A stretch of 64,000 nt of DNA from Eledone cirrhosa (lineage: Eukaryota): NCBI GenBank assembly GCA_964016885.1, contig OZ024741.1, positions 161,386,001 to 161,450,000 on the forward strand, given 5' to 3'. The position numbers and the translations under genes are program-made. Below the pieces are notes generated by a model. That model searched no databases, was not told where the DNA came from, and worked only from the letters and a program-made list of their open reading frames with translations. Shown piece by piece: positions 38,421 to 49,892 of this stretch. Numbering within the stretch: position 1 is the stretch's first letter; each line of letters opens with the position of its first letter.

Positions 38421-40835
38421 ATCCAGCCTCCTGTCATTTCATTATAATATTTAACTCCGTAATAGCACCACCAACTACAAAAACAAAGACGGTTGAACTA
38501 CCTTACGTTGAGTACTCTCTATATTATTGCATTACGATTGACCATACGGAATAGACCAGCTCTATCCAGTGGTGAACCTCAAACCTGAATAAATAATGCT
38601 CCTGAAATGTTGAGCACTACAAAATGTAATAATGAACAGCGGCATGGGACTGAATATATCTAACCACAATTCGAACTTTGGCTACCCGGTGTTTTCGCCT
38701 GGCCCATTGCTACTCCCCTCTCAGAATATCCGAACTTCGACGAAACTCCACGGATTAGACCACAACATGTATTGTACTGCACTGTATTAACTAAATCGCT
38801 ACCCTATACTTCTGGGCATGTATAACTCACACTGAACTCCCAGACTCGAACACACACTGTTTCCACATCTATATGCATTATCTGACTGCAACTTGAATTA
38901 CATTGTATTTCTCCTGTGCCTTGAACTCTTCATTTAATAGACAACGACTCTTGTTTGTTTATTTATATCTTTACATCTTTATTTGCTGTATTAATGCTTC
39001 TCCACGTATTCTACGTCTATACATCCATGTACTTTCTACTTCCCTTATTCGGACTTTTACTCGCGTGTACCCTTAGCACACGTCACTGGAATATCTCCCC
39101 CTGGGAACATAAATAATACAACCTGAACTATATTATATTTCTCCTGTGTCTCGAACTCTACATTTACTAGACAACGACTCTTGTTTGTTTATTTATATTT
39201 TCACATCTTTATTTGCTGTATTAATGCCTTTCCACGTACTCTACCTCTATACATCCATGTACTTTTTACTTCCCTTATTCGGACTTTTACTCGCGTGTAC
39301 CCTTAGCACACGACACAGGATTGCCCCCCCCCCCCCCCCGGGAACATAAATACTGCAACCTGAACTATATTGTAATTCTCCTATGTCTTGATTTCTCCAT
39401 CTTACTCCAACACCACTCTTGTTGGTTTATTTACATATTTATACCTATATATTGATATGTTTATATATTTATACCTTTGCTGTACCAATGTGCTCTCCCA
39501 CGTATTCCACTTCTATGTATCCATCTATTTCTACTCCTCACATTGGGACTTGTACCCATTAGCACACGACACTAGAATGTCTCCTCCTGAGAACAAAAAT
39601 AAATATTACACGACTATATCCCGTACTCTACATCCCACTAGGATAAATTACAGATCTACATAATACAATTAACGTTTCTTCATAAAAGACTCTATTTAAT
39701 TAAACCCCGCAACCCAAAACCTCATAGAAGTTATTTGAATGTTTAATCTTCAATTTTCTGTTTGTTCAATTCTCAATCTTCTTACTCCTTAGTTTTATAA
39801 TGTTATTCTGAATTCTTTCAACTTCATCCGATAAAGCTAAGCAATATTTTAGAGTTCCAACTTTCTGTCGGACTGTTGGGTGGGTTTTAATGGCGGCGCG
39901 ACCAGCTCCCTGGCGCACGAGCTTACCTGGAGTGCTTGGAAAAATAAATTTCCCCTTCTTTCGGTAAATGAAAATACTCGGCGTGGCTTAATTCGCCATG
40001 GGGCCCGGGGCGCGGCCGGTGTTTTAACCGCCACATAGTACCTTTAAATCACAGAACAAATCGGAACTATTAGATATATCAACCTGAAAATGTTAAACTG
40101 TCGAACTTTAAATTTTCTAACCTCTCTAATATTGAATATTGATTATTAATTTTTTAACTTCATCCTAGAAGTCTAAACATTGTAACACACTGACTCCCAA
40201 TTTATTCACCTCTGCTAAGATGCGGGTCCCTGTGAACATTTTTCTCGCGCCACTCCTGGCCTGAATGTGGTCTGACATTAATATCGACCTTTCTCTCTTT
40301 CTATCTTCCCTCTTGTAGCCATCAACCCTTACTTTTCTACTTCTCTCTTCTCTTCCTTCTCTTCTCCCCTCTTCCTGTCTTCCTCCCGCAGACTTATCTT
40401 CCTTCCCCCTCTTGCTTGCCTATATCTGACCGGTAGTAGTTGCCTTTCTTCTTTTAGCTGACATTAACCCTGGCTTCTCTTCTTCTTTCTTCCCCCTTCT
40501 TCTCTCTCCTTCCTTTCTTTCCTTCTTTTACCTTGTGTCATGAGATTGACGCTTTCCCATCCCTTTCTGTTTTCGTTTATCTGACCGATAGTAGCATACT
40601 ATAAACTTTAGCCACGTCACTCGAGGGCGACCGGCTGAGGTTGAAGGAACAGAATAGCGGTCGCCCTCCGGTCCTCGATTTTCAGCCCCATGGATTTTAT
40701 CTATTACATTCACGTATTATATTTCGAATACCTGATGATATTACCGGACTCATACGGAACCCGGTCATTGAAATGATCATAGTATAATAAACCTTTCAAG
40801 GATTTACACAAATCCAGCCTCATGTCATTTCATTA

Positions 40836-40839
<4 letters not shown>
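38421..40839 (+). mobile_element. 2.4-kb non-coding element with 28-bp terminal direct repeats and a 3' hammerhead, inserted in (TA)n
   Basis: atccagcctcctgtcatttcattataat (38421-38448) vs atccagcctcatgtcatttcattataat (40812-40839); (TA)n on both sides; internal ~235-bp tandem repeats at 38880-39610. Confidence 0.75.
40728..40785 (+). ncRNA. Type I hammerhead ribozyme
   Basis: atac-CTGATGA-tattACCGGactcatacggaacCCGGTcatt-GAAA-TGATCA-TA-gtat, then aataaa; stem I atac/gtat, palindromic stem III. Confidence 0.8.
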
Positions 40840-40872
<33 letters not shown>

Positions 40873-40967
40873 ATAATAATAATAAATTGAAGACTAAAAT
40901 CCAAGAGTTTCAGAAGATCCCGTTAAGGGTGAAAGCAGCGATTCTTTGCTTAAACTTTAATCTGTTA

Positions 40968-41061
<94 letters not shown>

Positions 41062-41414
41062 AATTAGTAGTGGTGCTCTGAAATAGCGATGTATATATGA
41101 ATGTACGTATTGTATGTTTATTTTAAAACATTTTGAAGACTATTCGCTATGAGATTTAAAGTAGTGACTACGTCACTTACTTGGTCTCGGCAAACGCAAA
41201 GGGGAGCAATCGACGGCCGTTTCTCGCTCATTAGCGGTTATCAAGATATACTATATGTTGACTTTCTTCGAATGAAACAGTTCTAGTCCCGTAGAAGCCA
41301 TTTTATATTAAATTATGTTGTATACACTCTACTAATGTATTGAGTACCTTACTAACTGTGGTTACATATATACATACATACATACATAGATACATACATA
41401 CATACATACATACA

Positions 41415-41445
<31 letters not shown>

Positions 41446-41513
41446 GTGTGTTCTTGTTGATGACCCTGTGATAAACAGGCAAACCTCCAGAGTAAGAAGA
41501 CTCACCTTTTAAC

Positions 41514-41553
<40 letters not shown>

Positions 41554-41739
41554 GTGTGTGTGTGTGTGTTAATTATAACAAGCCAGACAATTAGATTTCG
41601 ACTAGTATCGCCGCTATCCACTCACTCAATGAATTTACAAAAATCGTATGCTGTAAATACGATGCTGGATATCAGAGTGGATACAATACGTTACAAAGGG
41701 GATAAACGACATAGTGTGGGAACACCAAGAATGCTCTAT

Positions 41740-42975
41740 AATATCTGGAATGGGCCTTCGAACTGTCCTGGGAGGCGTGGGATGTACGCAAAAAGATTAC
41801 GTATCCCGAGACGCTAAAGAGGGTTCAGAAAGGAACAAACCTTGAAAATTGTAACCTGGCACATCACAACCCTTACAGGTAAGGAGCAGGAACTAGTGGA
41901 GGAGGCTAGATGCTACCGGCGAGATATAGTCACGGTTTCCTCAACAAAGTTCCGTGGATCTAGTGCTGTAGATGTGGATGGAGGATGGAAACTCCATTAT
42001 TCAAGTGTAGCACAAAAAATGTCTGCACCGACGGGAGTGGGGATACTCACAAGACCCAGGGTGTCGGAATGTGTTATGGATTGGATACCATTAGAAGGGA
42101 GGATTTGCTTCTTGAAGCTTAGACTGAAAGATAGGTGTTGGTGGTGAAGCTGAGACTGAAAGATCTCTGTTGGTGGTGCAAGCTTATGCACCAAACAAGG
42201 AGTCCGAATACAGACCCTTCATTGAGGAAGTTACTGCGACGTAGATGTAGTTAAGAGGACGTTGAAACAAAGTGGAGATTGTTCAGCTCAGATTTTGCTA
42301 AAGCTGTTAAATTCTGCGGGTAAAAGAGCCTTGGTGTGACGCCGGATGGCAGGAAGATTCATTGGTTCAATCAAGAAATCATAGATACCATCCGAGCAAA
42401 GAAGGAGGCCTTCAAAGTTTGGCTTGGAAATAAGTCCTCCTTCTTGCACTTGTGGTACAAGCAGGCACGAATAATAGCAGCAGAGATACTAAAGGCGACC
42501 AAAGTTAATACATGGGAGGACTTTGGGGTTAAGCTAGAATCCGACTTCAGATCAGCAAATAAAGGGTTCTAGCAGACCATCCACCGACTTTGTAATAAAA
42601 GGTCCTCCTCCACACCTGCTATCAGGAACGTGTCTGGGGTTCTCCTTTTTTCAGAGAAGTGCATCCTCGCGAGGTGGAGAGAATACTTTTCTGATCTCCT
42701 AAACCCGATCACAACAGCATCTTCTGGTGTACACGTGGTGCATCCGGGAGCGGTGGTTAATCTCTCGGAGGTTGAGGTCACAAGAGCAATTAAAGAGCTT
42801 AAATGTGGCAAGGCCACGAGAGAGAATGAAATTCGGCCCAAGGTATTGAAAGCCTTAAATAGAGAAGATATTCTCTTGTTGACTCGTCTGTGCCGGGTGG
42901 CCTAGATCTCTAGAAAGGCAATCAGAAGTGATAATCGCTATGTTCAAAAAGGGAGACAAGAGAATCCTGTTTCTT
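41740..42975 (+). mobile_element. Degenerate RTE LINE 5' part (AP endonuclease), same family as 18065-20405
   Basis: LKIVTWHITTLTGKEQELVEEA..., WKLHYS, KIHWFNQE, RWREYFSDLLN, AIKELKCGKA; strong nucleotide similarity to 18070-19580. Confidence 0.88.
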
Positions 42976-42999
42976 TTCTGACACATCTGGTATATATAT

Positions 43000-43044
<45 letters not shown>

Positions 43045-43295
43045 TATATATATATATTTAAAAAACGAGGAAGTTTCGTTTACATGTATTTGATTTTTAT
43101 TGTGTATCAACCTGTTACGAGGATTGGCTCAGGATCACCCATAGGAGTTATGGACTTGACTGTGAGATTTCCCAAAGATATCTATAGTACTGAGACACCG
43201 TGTTTGTGAATAAATTGCAACTATATTTACATACATACGTTTATTCAACATTCACTTAACATGTTTATGCAATTAGACCAGTGGTTAAACTTCAG

Positions 43296-43380
<85 letters not shown>

Positions 43381-43567
43381 CAGACCTGCCAACCTCTAAA
43401 AACCCAAACGGGGAGGACCATGAAAAAAAAAAAGTACCCCAAGGGGAGAAATGAAGCAAAATGGAGAGATTTTACATAATGAAAGCTATACCCATTTTCG
43501 CGAGAGAAGACATCTCTTACCCACCCCAAAGCAGGTGGGAGATCTCCCCGTTGGACAGGGAGAGTTG

Positions 43568-43575
<8 letters not shown>
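43381..43575. mobile_element. MITE with terminal inverted repeats inserted in (CT)n
   Basis: cagacctgccaacctct ... ggagagttgacaggtct; (CT)n on both flanks. Confidence 0.65.
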
Positions 43576-43603
<28 letters not shown>

Positions 43604-44899
43604 TGAATGGAATAATTAAAGCAGCTCGGTTAGTTTGGCCAGGTCATTACTGGCTCCTCAGTAGTGTTTATTCCAACTATTCTCCAGAGATATAAGCAGG
43701 CAGACAGACAGAGAGCAGGAGAAAGAGAGAGAGATGTTTACAACTACTTGTGAAGAATGTGAGAAGCAATATACACATCTTTTTTATGTTTCCATGTCAT
43801 TACTTTCATTGGTCAGACGTATTAACCTTTATATATCAAATTGCCCCTGATTCTATGATACGAAATTGTTTTGTTTTATGCTGTTTATATCTAAAAACCT
43901 TCCGTCATAAAGTTATGTAAAAACTTTTAAGTTATGTTCCAAACACCATCTTGATAATGGTTTCTCTCTCAGAAAAAACTTTAGGAACCAACACACTCAC
44001 ATCATTTCTGTGGGTGATAACAATATTGAAATACTGGAATAACTAAACAACTTCGTGGGAATCACCTAATACGTCAGTATGGCGAACTGCCAACGATGAC
44101 AAGAACCTTGTTATCAGTGACCCAGCTCCTCCAAAGGTCTCGAACACCACACACTGAAAAAAAATAGTTTGCCGATAATTCCTGGTATTTTATCATTTTA
44201 TTTTGTATGGCTATGGATGATGAAACCCTCACCTTTATCGCAGCATCTAGGATTGGGAAAGGGAAAAAGAGTCGTTAACTGCAAAAATTATAGACAGTGT
44301 TGACCAATGCCTTGTGATTGGAACTTGAGTATGTGTGGGGGGAGTGTGTGTGTCTGTCTGTCTATATTTACGGTTGTGTCTGTGTCCATCCATGCCCTAT
44401 AAATTAGTGATTGGACAAAAAGAGATTGATAAAATAAATACTAGACTTGATAAAATATATACCCGGATCGATATGATCAACTACATCAAGGAAGTGTCCC
44501 AGTATGGCTGCAGTCTAATGGCTGAATCCAGTTAAAGAGTAAAAGAGACTTTCATTTAAAATATGCTAATGAAAGGCTTAATGAGACATCATTTTATGTG
44601 GATAAGTTGTAAATAATCTATGTGCTATGTTTACTTTTTAAAAATTTAAGCCTTGCTAGACACACTGATTCTTTTTTGAATAAATACATGAGTATATATA
44701 ATTACATGCATGTATGCAATAAAAGCAAAGAAAAAACATGTGGAGTGTAATGTGGTAATGATTTATTATTATTTACATATCAAATTTACAATTCCTTGTG
44801 GAGGAATACATTTTTTAAAAGTATATTTTTGGATATTTATTGGGACACTTGCAATAAATATAGACAGACAGACAGACAGGCATACTGACAGATAGGTAC

Positions 44900-44967
<68 letters not shown>

Positions 44968-45078
44968 GGGGATAGATAGATAGATAAGAGGATAGATGGG
45001 GTAAAGATAGATAGATAGATAGATGTATTAAACAAATGCAGTAAACAGATTTTTAAACGTGTTATTTTTTTTCGCCAT

Positions 45079-46790
45079 CTTAGTTATCTTTAAATTTTAA
45101 TCAAATCACATGACATTTTTTAAGGCATACTCAAACGGACATAATTTATTAAATATTAACTCGAAACAGTCTTGACAAAAGGTGACATGTAAGCATTGCT
45201 GGCCATTAAAGTCAAAGATGTTAGCTGCAACATTTAGAATAGTTTAGTTAGGTGTTCTATGATTATCATTGTCTCTGGTATTTTTCTTTGGTGCTCATTG
45301 CATATGTCACATGACCTTACTAGCTTTTTAATATCTTTGTTATTTCTCCAATAATCCCTATTCCTTGCTTTAAGTTGATATTTTTTAATTCCTTGAATTC
45401 AAGGAAGAACATTGTTTTGCATATTTTTTGGTATGACTATGCATTCATCTTTTGTCACTAAGCTGTCCTGTACTGGTATGCATTCTTTCAATGACCAGTA
45501 GTTTCTTATAAGTTTGGATACATCTTTCGCAGTCTATGGCCGACAACTTATTATTTGTTTTAGTATTAAGATGGTGGATTGACAATTTTGTTAGAGCATC
45601 AAACATTGTGCTTTGCAGCATGGCCTTTTACGTTCTGAGTTCAAATCCTGCTAAGGATTTCATCCTTACGGAGCCGATAAAATAAAGCACCAGTAATGTA
45701 CTGGGGTTGATCTAATTGACTTTCCCCTCCCACCAAAGTTTTTGGCCATGTCCCTAAATCAGAAACCATTATTTGTTTTAGTATTTTCAATTCTTCATCT
45801 TCTTCTGTAGCTTCTTGTAGCTCTATTTGCTTCTGTATTGATATATCAACAGCCTGTATAGTAAGATCTAGTTCAATTTCTTTGCCTTCTGTTAGCTTTA
45901 CCTTCTGTTAGCTTTAATCTGGAACCTTCGTGTCTTATACATCATACAGTTGTAGCTTTAACAAAATAATTTGCAATCTTCAGATTTCTTCTGCAATGTT
46001 TCTGCTCTGTATATTTTCCAATGGTTTGAGGTCTGATTCTATTTGGAACTCATTCCCATACACATATGTATGACATTTTTCACAACCAAACACCACTGCA
46101 AGTAGTTCTCTTTCTATGTTTGCTTATCTTAACTCAGCATCAATCAGTCTTTTGCTAGCAAATGCAATGATTTTACAATCAATGATTAGTGTTGCACATA
46201 GGCCTAAAATGCTTGAATCTACTTGGATCACTTTTTTTGCATTTGGTTTGAAATAAGCTAGGCAAAGGTTTTCATAAATAGTCTTTCAATTTTTGAAAAA
46301 CTTTTTCATGTGTATTATTCCGTTGCCATTCAGTGATCTCAGTTCTGGTATAAAAAGAGCTTATTATTGGATCATACCTAGAAATCGCTTAGATTCTTCA
46401 CAGTTTGTATATGTAGGCTTCGTTTTGATTTTTCACTTTTTCTGTATCTGGGTGAGAGACATCTTCATCCCAAATAAGACCAAAAATAAAATTTGATATG
46501 TTTTTATCTCACTTTACACCTGTTTTTGTTAAAAACTAAACCATACCTTCTGGACATATTTATTTTCTTTCTCAAGTTCTTATCATGCTCTTTAATTGTT
46601 TTGCCCTATATGCAAGGTGTAACTGACACACAGTTGCTTCATTGCCACTATGACATGTTGTTTTACACAAATGTGTTACTTTTGTCACCCTCTTAGTTAT
46701 CTTTTAATTCTAATATTAAATCATGTGACATTTTTTAAGACACATTCAAAAGGACACAATTTATGAAATATCAAAACAAAACATAGTTAT
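45079..46790 (-). mobile_element. Highly decayed Ty3/Gypsy LTR retrotransposon remnant (RNase H, integrase zinc-binding region) between direct repeats
   Basis: Minus strand 46010-46175: IAFASKRLIDAELR*ANIERELLAVVFGCEKCHTYVYGNEFQIESDLKPLENI (RNase H); 45290-45450: CIVIPK...GIKK..LKAR...YW...VRSCDIC. Direct repeats cttagttatcttt...tgacattttttaag at 45079 and 46692; a SINE is inserted at 45571-45772. Confidence 0.8.
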
Positions 46791-47197
46791 GTTACAAATA
46801 GACAGGCAGGCAGACTGACAAAAAGACAGACAGATAGATAGATTTCTTTATTAGCCACAAGGGCGCAACATGAAAAGGGGACAATACAAAGACATGCGGG
46901 GATTTTACATACAGTCGTGTAAAAAATATAAAAACAAACAATAGATAGATAGATAGACAATTAGACACATAGATGTACAGACAGACAGCTAGATATATAG
47001 ATGGATAGATAGACAGAAAGACTGATAGCTAGATACAGACAGAGACATAAACAGAGAGACAAAGAGATAGATCGATAGCTAGACTGAGAGAACGACAAGC
47101 AGATAGGAAGATAGAGACTATATCATTGTTTTTATTTAATGATTTAAATTTCAGACATTTTCATAGTTGATTATTTTAAAATGTATATACAAGAAGG

Positions 47198-49518
47198 GAA
47201 GCAGAGGAAAGAAAGTTCAAGCAGGTTCTACAACGCGAGGACCAAAAACGTGAGGTGTTCAGGATTGCTAGGCAATGTGTCAAAGAAAACCGTGATATTG
47301 TCGGGGAGAAGTGTGTACTTAATGATGACGGCGTACTTGCCATCACCGACGCTGATAAGAAGGTAGCTTGGAAGTGTCACTATGAAAGGCTACTAAATGA
47401 GGAGAATAAATGGGAGAAAGACAGTCTCCCCCACATCGACCCAATAGAGGGACCAGCAGTGTTAGTCGAGGGTAGTATAATAAGTAAGGCAATCAAGGAT
47501 ATGAAGACGGGTAAGGCAGCTGGGCCTTCGGAAATAGTTGCTGAGATGCTGAAGGCATCTGGCACGGTGGGACACACCATGGTCACCCGCATAGTTAACC
47601 AAGTCGTACAGAATGGGGTTGTTTCGAAGGACTGGCGTAGCAGCATCATCGTTAACTGTTATAAGGGTAAAGGAGATGCCCTAGATAGGAGTAACTATAG
47701 AGGCATTAAATTAATCGACCAGGTCATGAAGGTCACAGAAAAAGTAATAGCGCAACTAATCAGAGAGAGAATTGATCTAGATGAAATGCAGTTCGGGTTT
47801 GTGTCAGGCAAAAGTACCACAGACGCTCTTTTCATTGTACGACAACTACAGGAGAAGTACCTAGCTAAAAGTAAACCCCTATACTTAGCTTTTGTCGACT
47901 TGGAGAAAGCCTTCGACAGAGTCCCCCGTTCCATTATCTGGTGGGCTCTTAGAAAACTAGGTGTCGACGAATGGCTTGTGAGAGCTATACAACCCATGTA
48001 TAAAGAAACAGTCAGCAAGGTTAGAATTAACAACGAATATAGTGAAGAGTTTAGCGTAAAAGTTGGCGTCCATCAGGGCTCTGTTCTCAGCCCCCTACTA
48101 TTTATTATTGCCCTTCGGGCTATAACAGAGGAGTTCAAGACCGGCTGCCCATGGGAACTCCTATACGCAGACGACATAACACTCATAGCTGAATCAATGG
48201 CCGAGCTAGAGAAGAAATTCCAAACATGGAAGCACGGCCTAGAATCAAAAGGCCTTAAAATTAATCTGGCTAAGACTAAAGTTCTAGTTTGTAGGAAAGA
48301 AAATAAGGCGGCGGTCCCTTCCGGGAAGTGGCCATGCTCAGTGTGTAGGAAAGGCGTAGGTAGAAACTCCATTTTGTGTCAGAAATGCAAAGTATGGGTG
48401 CATAAAAGATGTAGTGGGATCACAGGTAAGCTAACTGAGAACATAGATTTCACATGTGGCCGGTGCTCTGGTGCAATAAGTAGTAGCAAGTGCCCACAAA
48501 ATACTAGCTCTTTCAACTGCGCAGAGGGCTCTATAGAAATAGTGGACAGCTTCCGTTACCTGGGTGACAAAATCAGCAGTGGGGGAGGGTGCTCTGAAAG
48601 TACAGTAGCTAGAGTCAGAACTGGATGGAAAAAGTTCAGAGAGCTTATACCACTATTAGCCGCTAAAGTGTTCTCCCTAAAAATGAAAGGCAGGTTGTAT
48701 GATGCCTGCATACGAACAGCAATGTTGCATGGCAGTGAGACCTGGGCATTGTGTGCAGAGGATATACGCAGACTAGAGAGGAACGAAGCTTGCATGCTCC
48801 GCTGGATGTGTAATAGTAATATACGTGAACGGCAAAGCATAAACGAACTAAGGAAAAAATTAGAAATAAGAGGGATCAGATGTTGTTTACTCGAGAGAAG
48901 GCTACGTTGGTATGGACACGTGATGCGCATGAAAGTCGATAGCTGTATAACAAAGTGCAGGGCAATAAAGATAGACGGTAGCCACGGAATAGGCAGACCC
49001 AGAAAAACCTGGGACGAGCTGATAAACTCCGACCTCACACACTTACACCTCTCCAAGACAATGTCACTGGACCGAGACCTTTGGCGGTACTCAGTAATAG
49101 AGAAGACCCGCCTTACCTAAATACATAGTAAAACCTACTACAGTCAGTAGGCATCTCTAACAAAATACACCCCGTTCCACCACCCCCACACCATCCACAC
49201 CGCCCCCTTCTATGTAAAGTTGTGTTGGTGCCACACCATCCAGGCCGAAACAAATGAGATCGTGTAGGTGTCACGACAAAAAAACACACAGTCCACGCTG
49301 TAATGTGGCCGTGTAGGCAACACGGTAAAAACCTCCCAGACCCACACTGTAAATGTGGTTGGTGTTAGGAAGGGCATCCAACTGTAGAAAACCTGCCAGA
49401 CAATCCTATGCGAGCAAGCCAATCACTCTTGCCCCAAGTGGGAAAACCCCCTGTCCAAACCCATGCAAGCGTGGAACACGGACGTTAAACGTTGATGATG
49501 ATGATGATGAAGCAGAGG
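47198..49518 (+). mobile_element. 5'-truncated RTE-clade LINE with 3' UTR, (GAT)n tail and 10-bp TSD
   Basis: gaagcagagg at 47198-47207 and 49509-49518; tail cacggacgttaaacgtt(gat)n. Confidence 0.92.
47255..49120 (+). CDS. RTE reverse transcriptase (uninterrupted, N-terminally truncated) with an inserted PHD-type zinc finger
   Basis: KGKGDALD.SNYRGIKL, QFGF, FVDLEKAFDRVP, GVHQGSVLSPLLF, LLYADD, then CSVC...CQKC.VWVHKRC...CGRC, FRYLG, HGSETW, RRLRWYGHV.R, GRPRKTW. Confidence 0.93.
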   Translation: MFRIARQCVKENRDIVGEKCVLNDDGVLAITDADKKVAWKCHYERLLNEENKWEKDSLPHIDPIEGPAVLVEGSIISKAIKDMKTGKAAGPSEIVAEMLKASGTVGHTMVTRIVNQVVQNGVVSKDWRSSIIVNCYKGKGDALDRSNYRGIKLIDQVMKVTEKVIAQLIRERIDLDEMQFGFVSGKSTTDALFIVRQLQEKYLAKSKPLYLAFVDLEKAFDRVPRSIIWWALRKLGVDEWLVRAIQPMYKETVSKVRINNEYSEEFSVKVGVHQGSVLSPLLFIIALRAITEEFKTGCPWELLYADDITLIAESMAELEKKFQTWKHGLESKGLKINLAKTKVLVCRKENKAAVPSGKWPCSVCRKGVGRNSILCQKCKVWVHKRCSGITGKLTENIDFTCGRCSGAISSSKCPQNTSSFNCAEGSIEIVDSFRYLGDKISSGGGCSESTVARVRTGWKKFRELIPLLAAKVFSLKMKGRLYDACIRTAMLHGSETWALCAEDIRRLERNEACMLRWMCNSNIRERQSINELRKKLEIRGIRCCLLERRLRWYGHVMRMKVDSCITKCRAIKIDGSHGIGRPRKTWDELINSDLTHLHLSKTMSLDRDLWRYSVIEKTRLT

Positions 49519-49892
49519 TATCAGCAAAACCTGGGTATTTTGTGAAAATAACTATATATTTTTGCACTCATTACAAAATATTTGATGAATAAAATAGAAT
49601 TTGTATTTTCACCTGCAATTGGATGGCTTGTATGGATGTTTACTGATTAAAGGTTTTGCAATGAAATCTTTTTTTATTAATAAATATCTTAGTCTGTCTG
49701 TCTGTCTGTCTCAGGATAGTAGACGTGTTTCATATCATATCGTTCTGTGATTTGGAATTTTACCTGCTATATTTGTGAGTGAATTTTTTTGAATTCTTTT
49801 GTATCATTAACTCTAACCCCTAGTCTGGGACTATAGACGTAGGGTAAATATATTTTCACCCCTTTTGGGGTGAAAAAATAAATATTTCAGAA

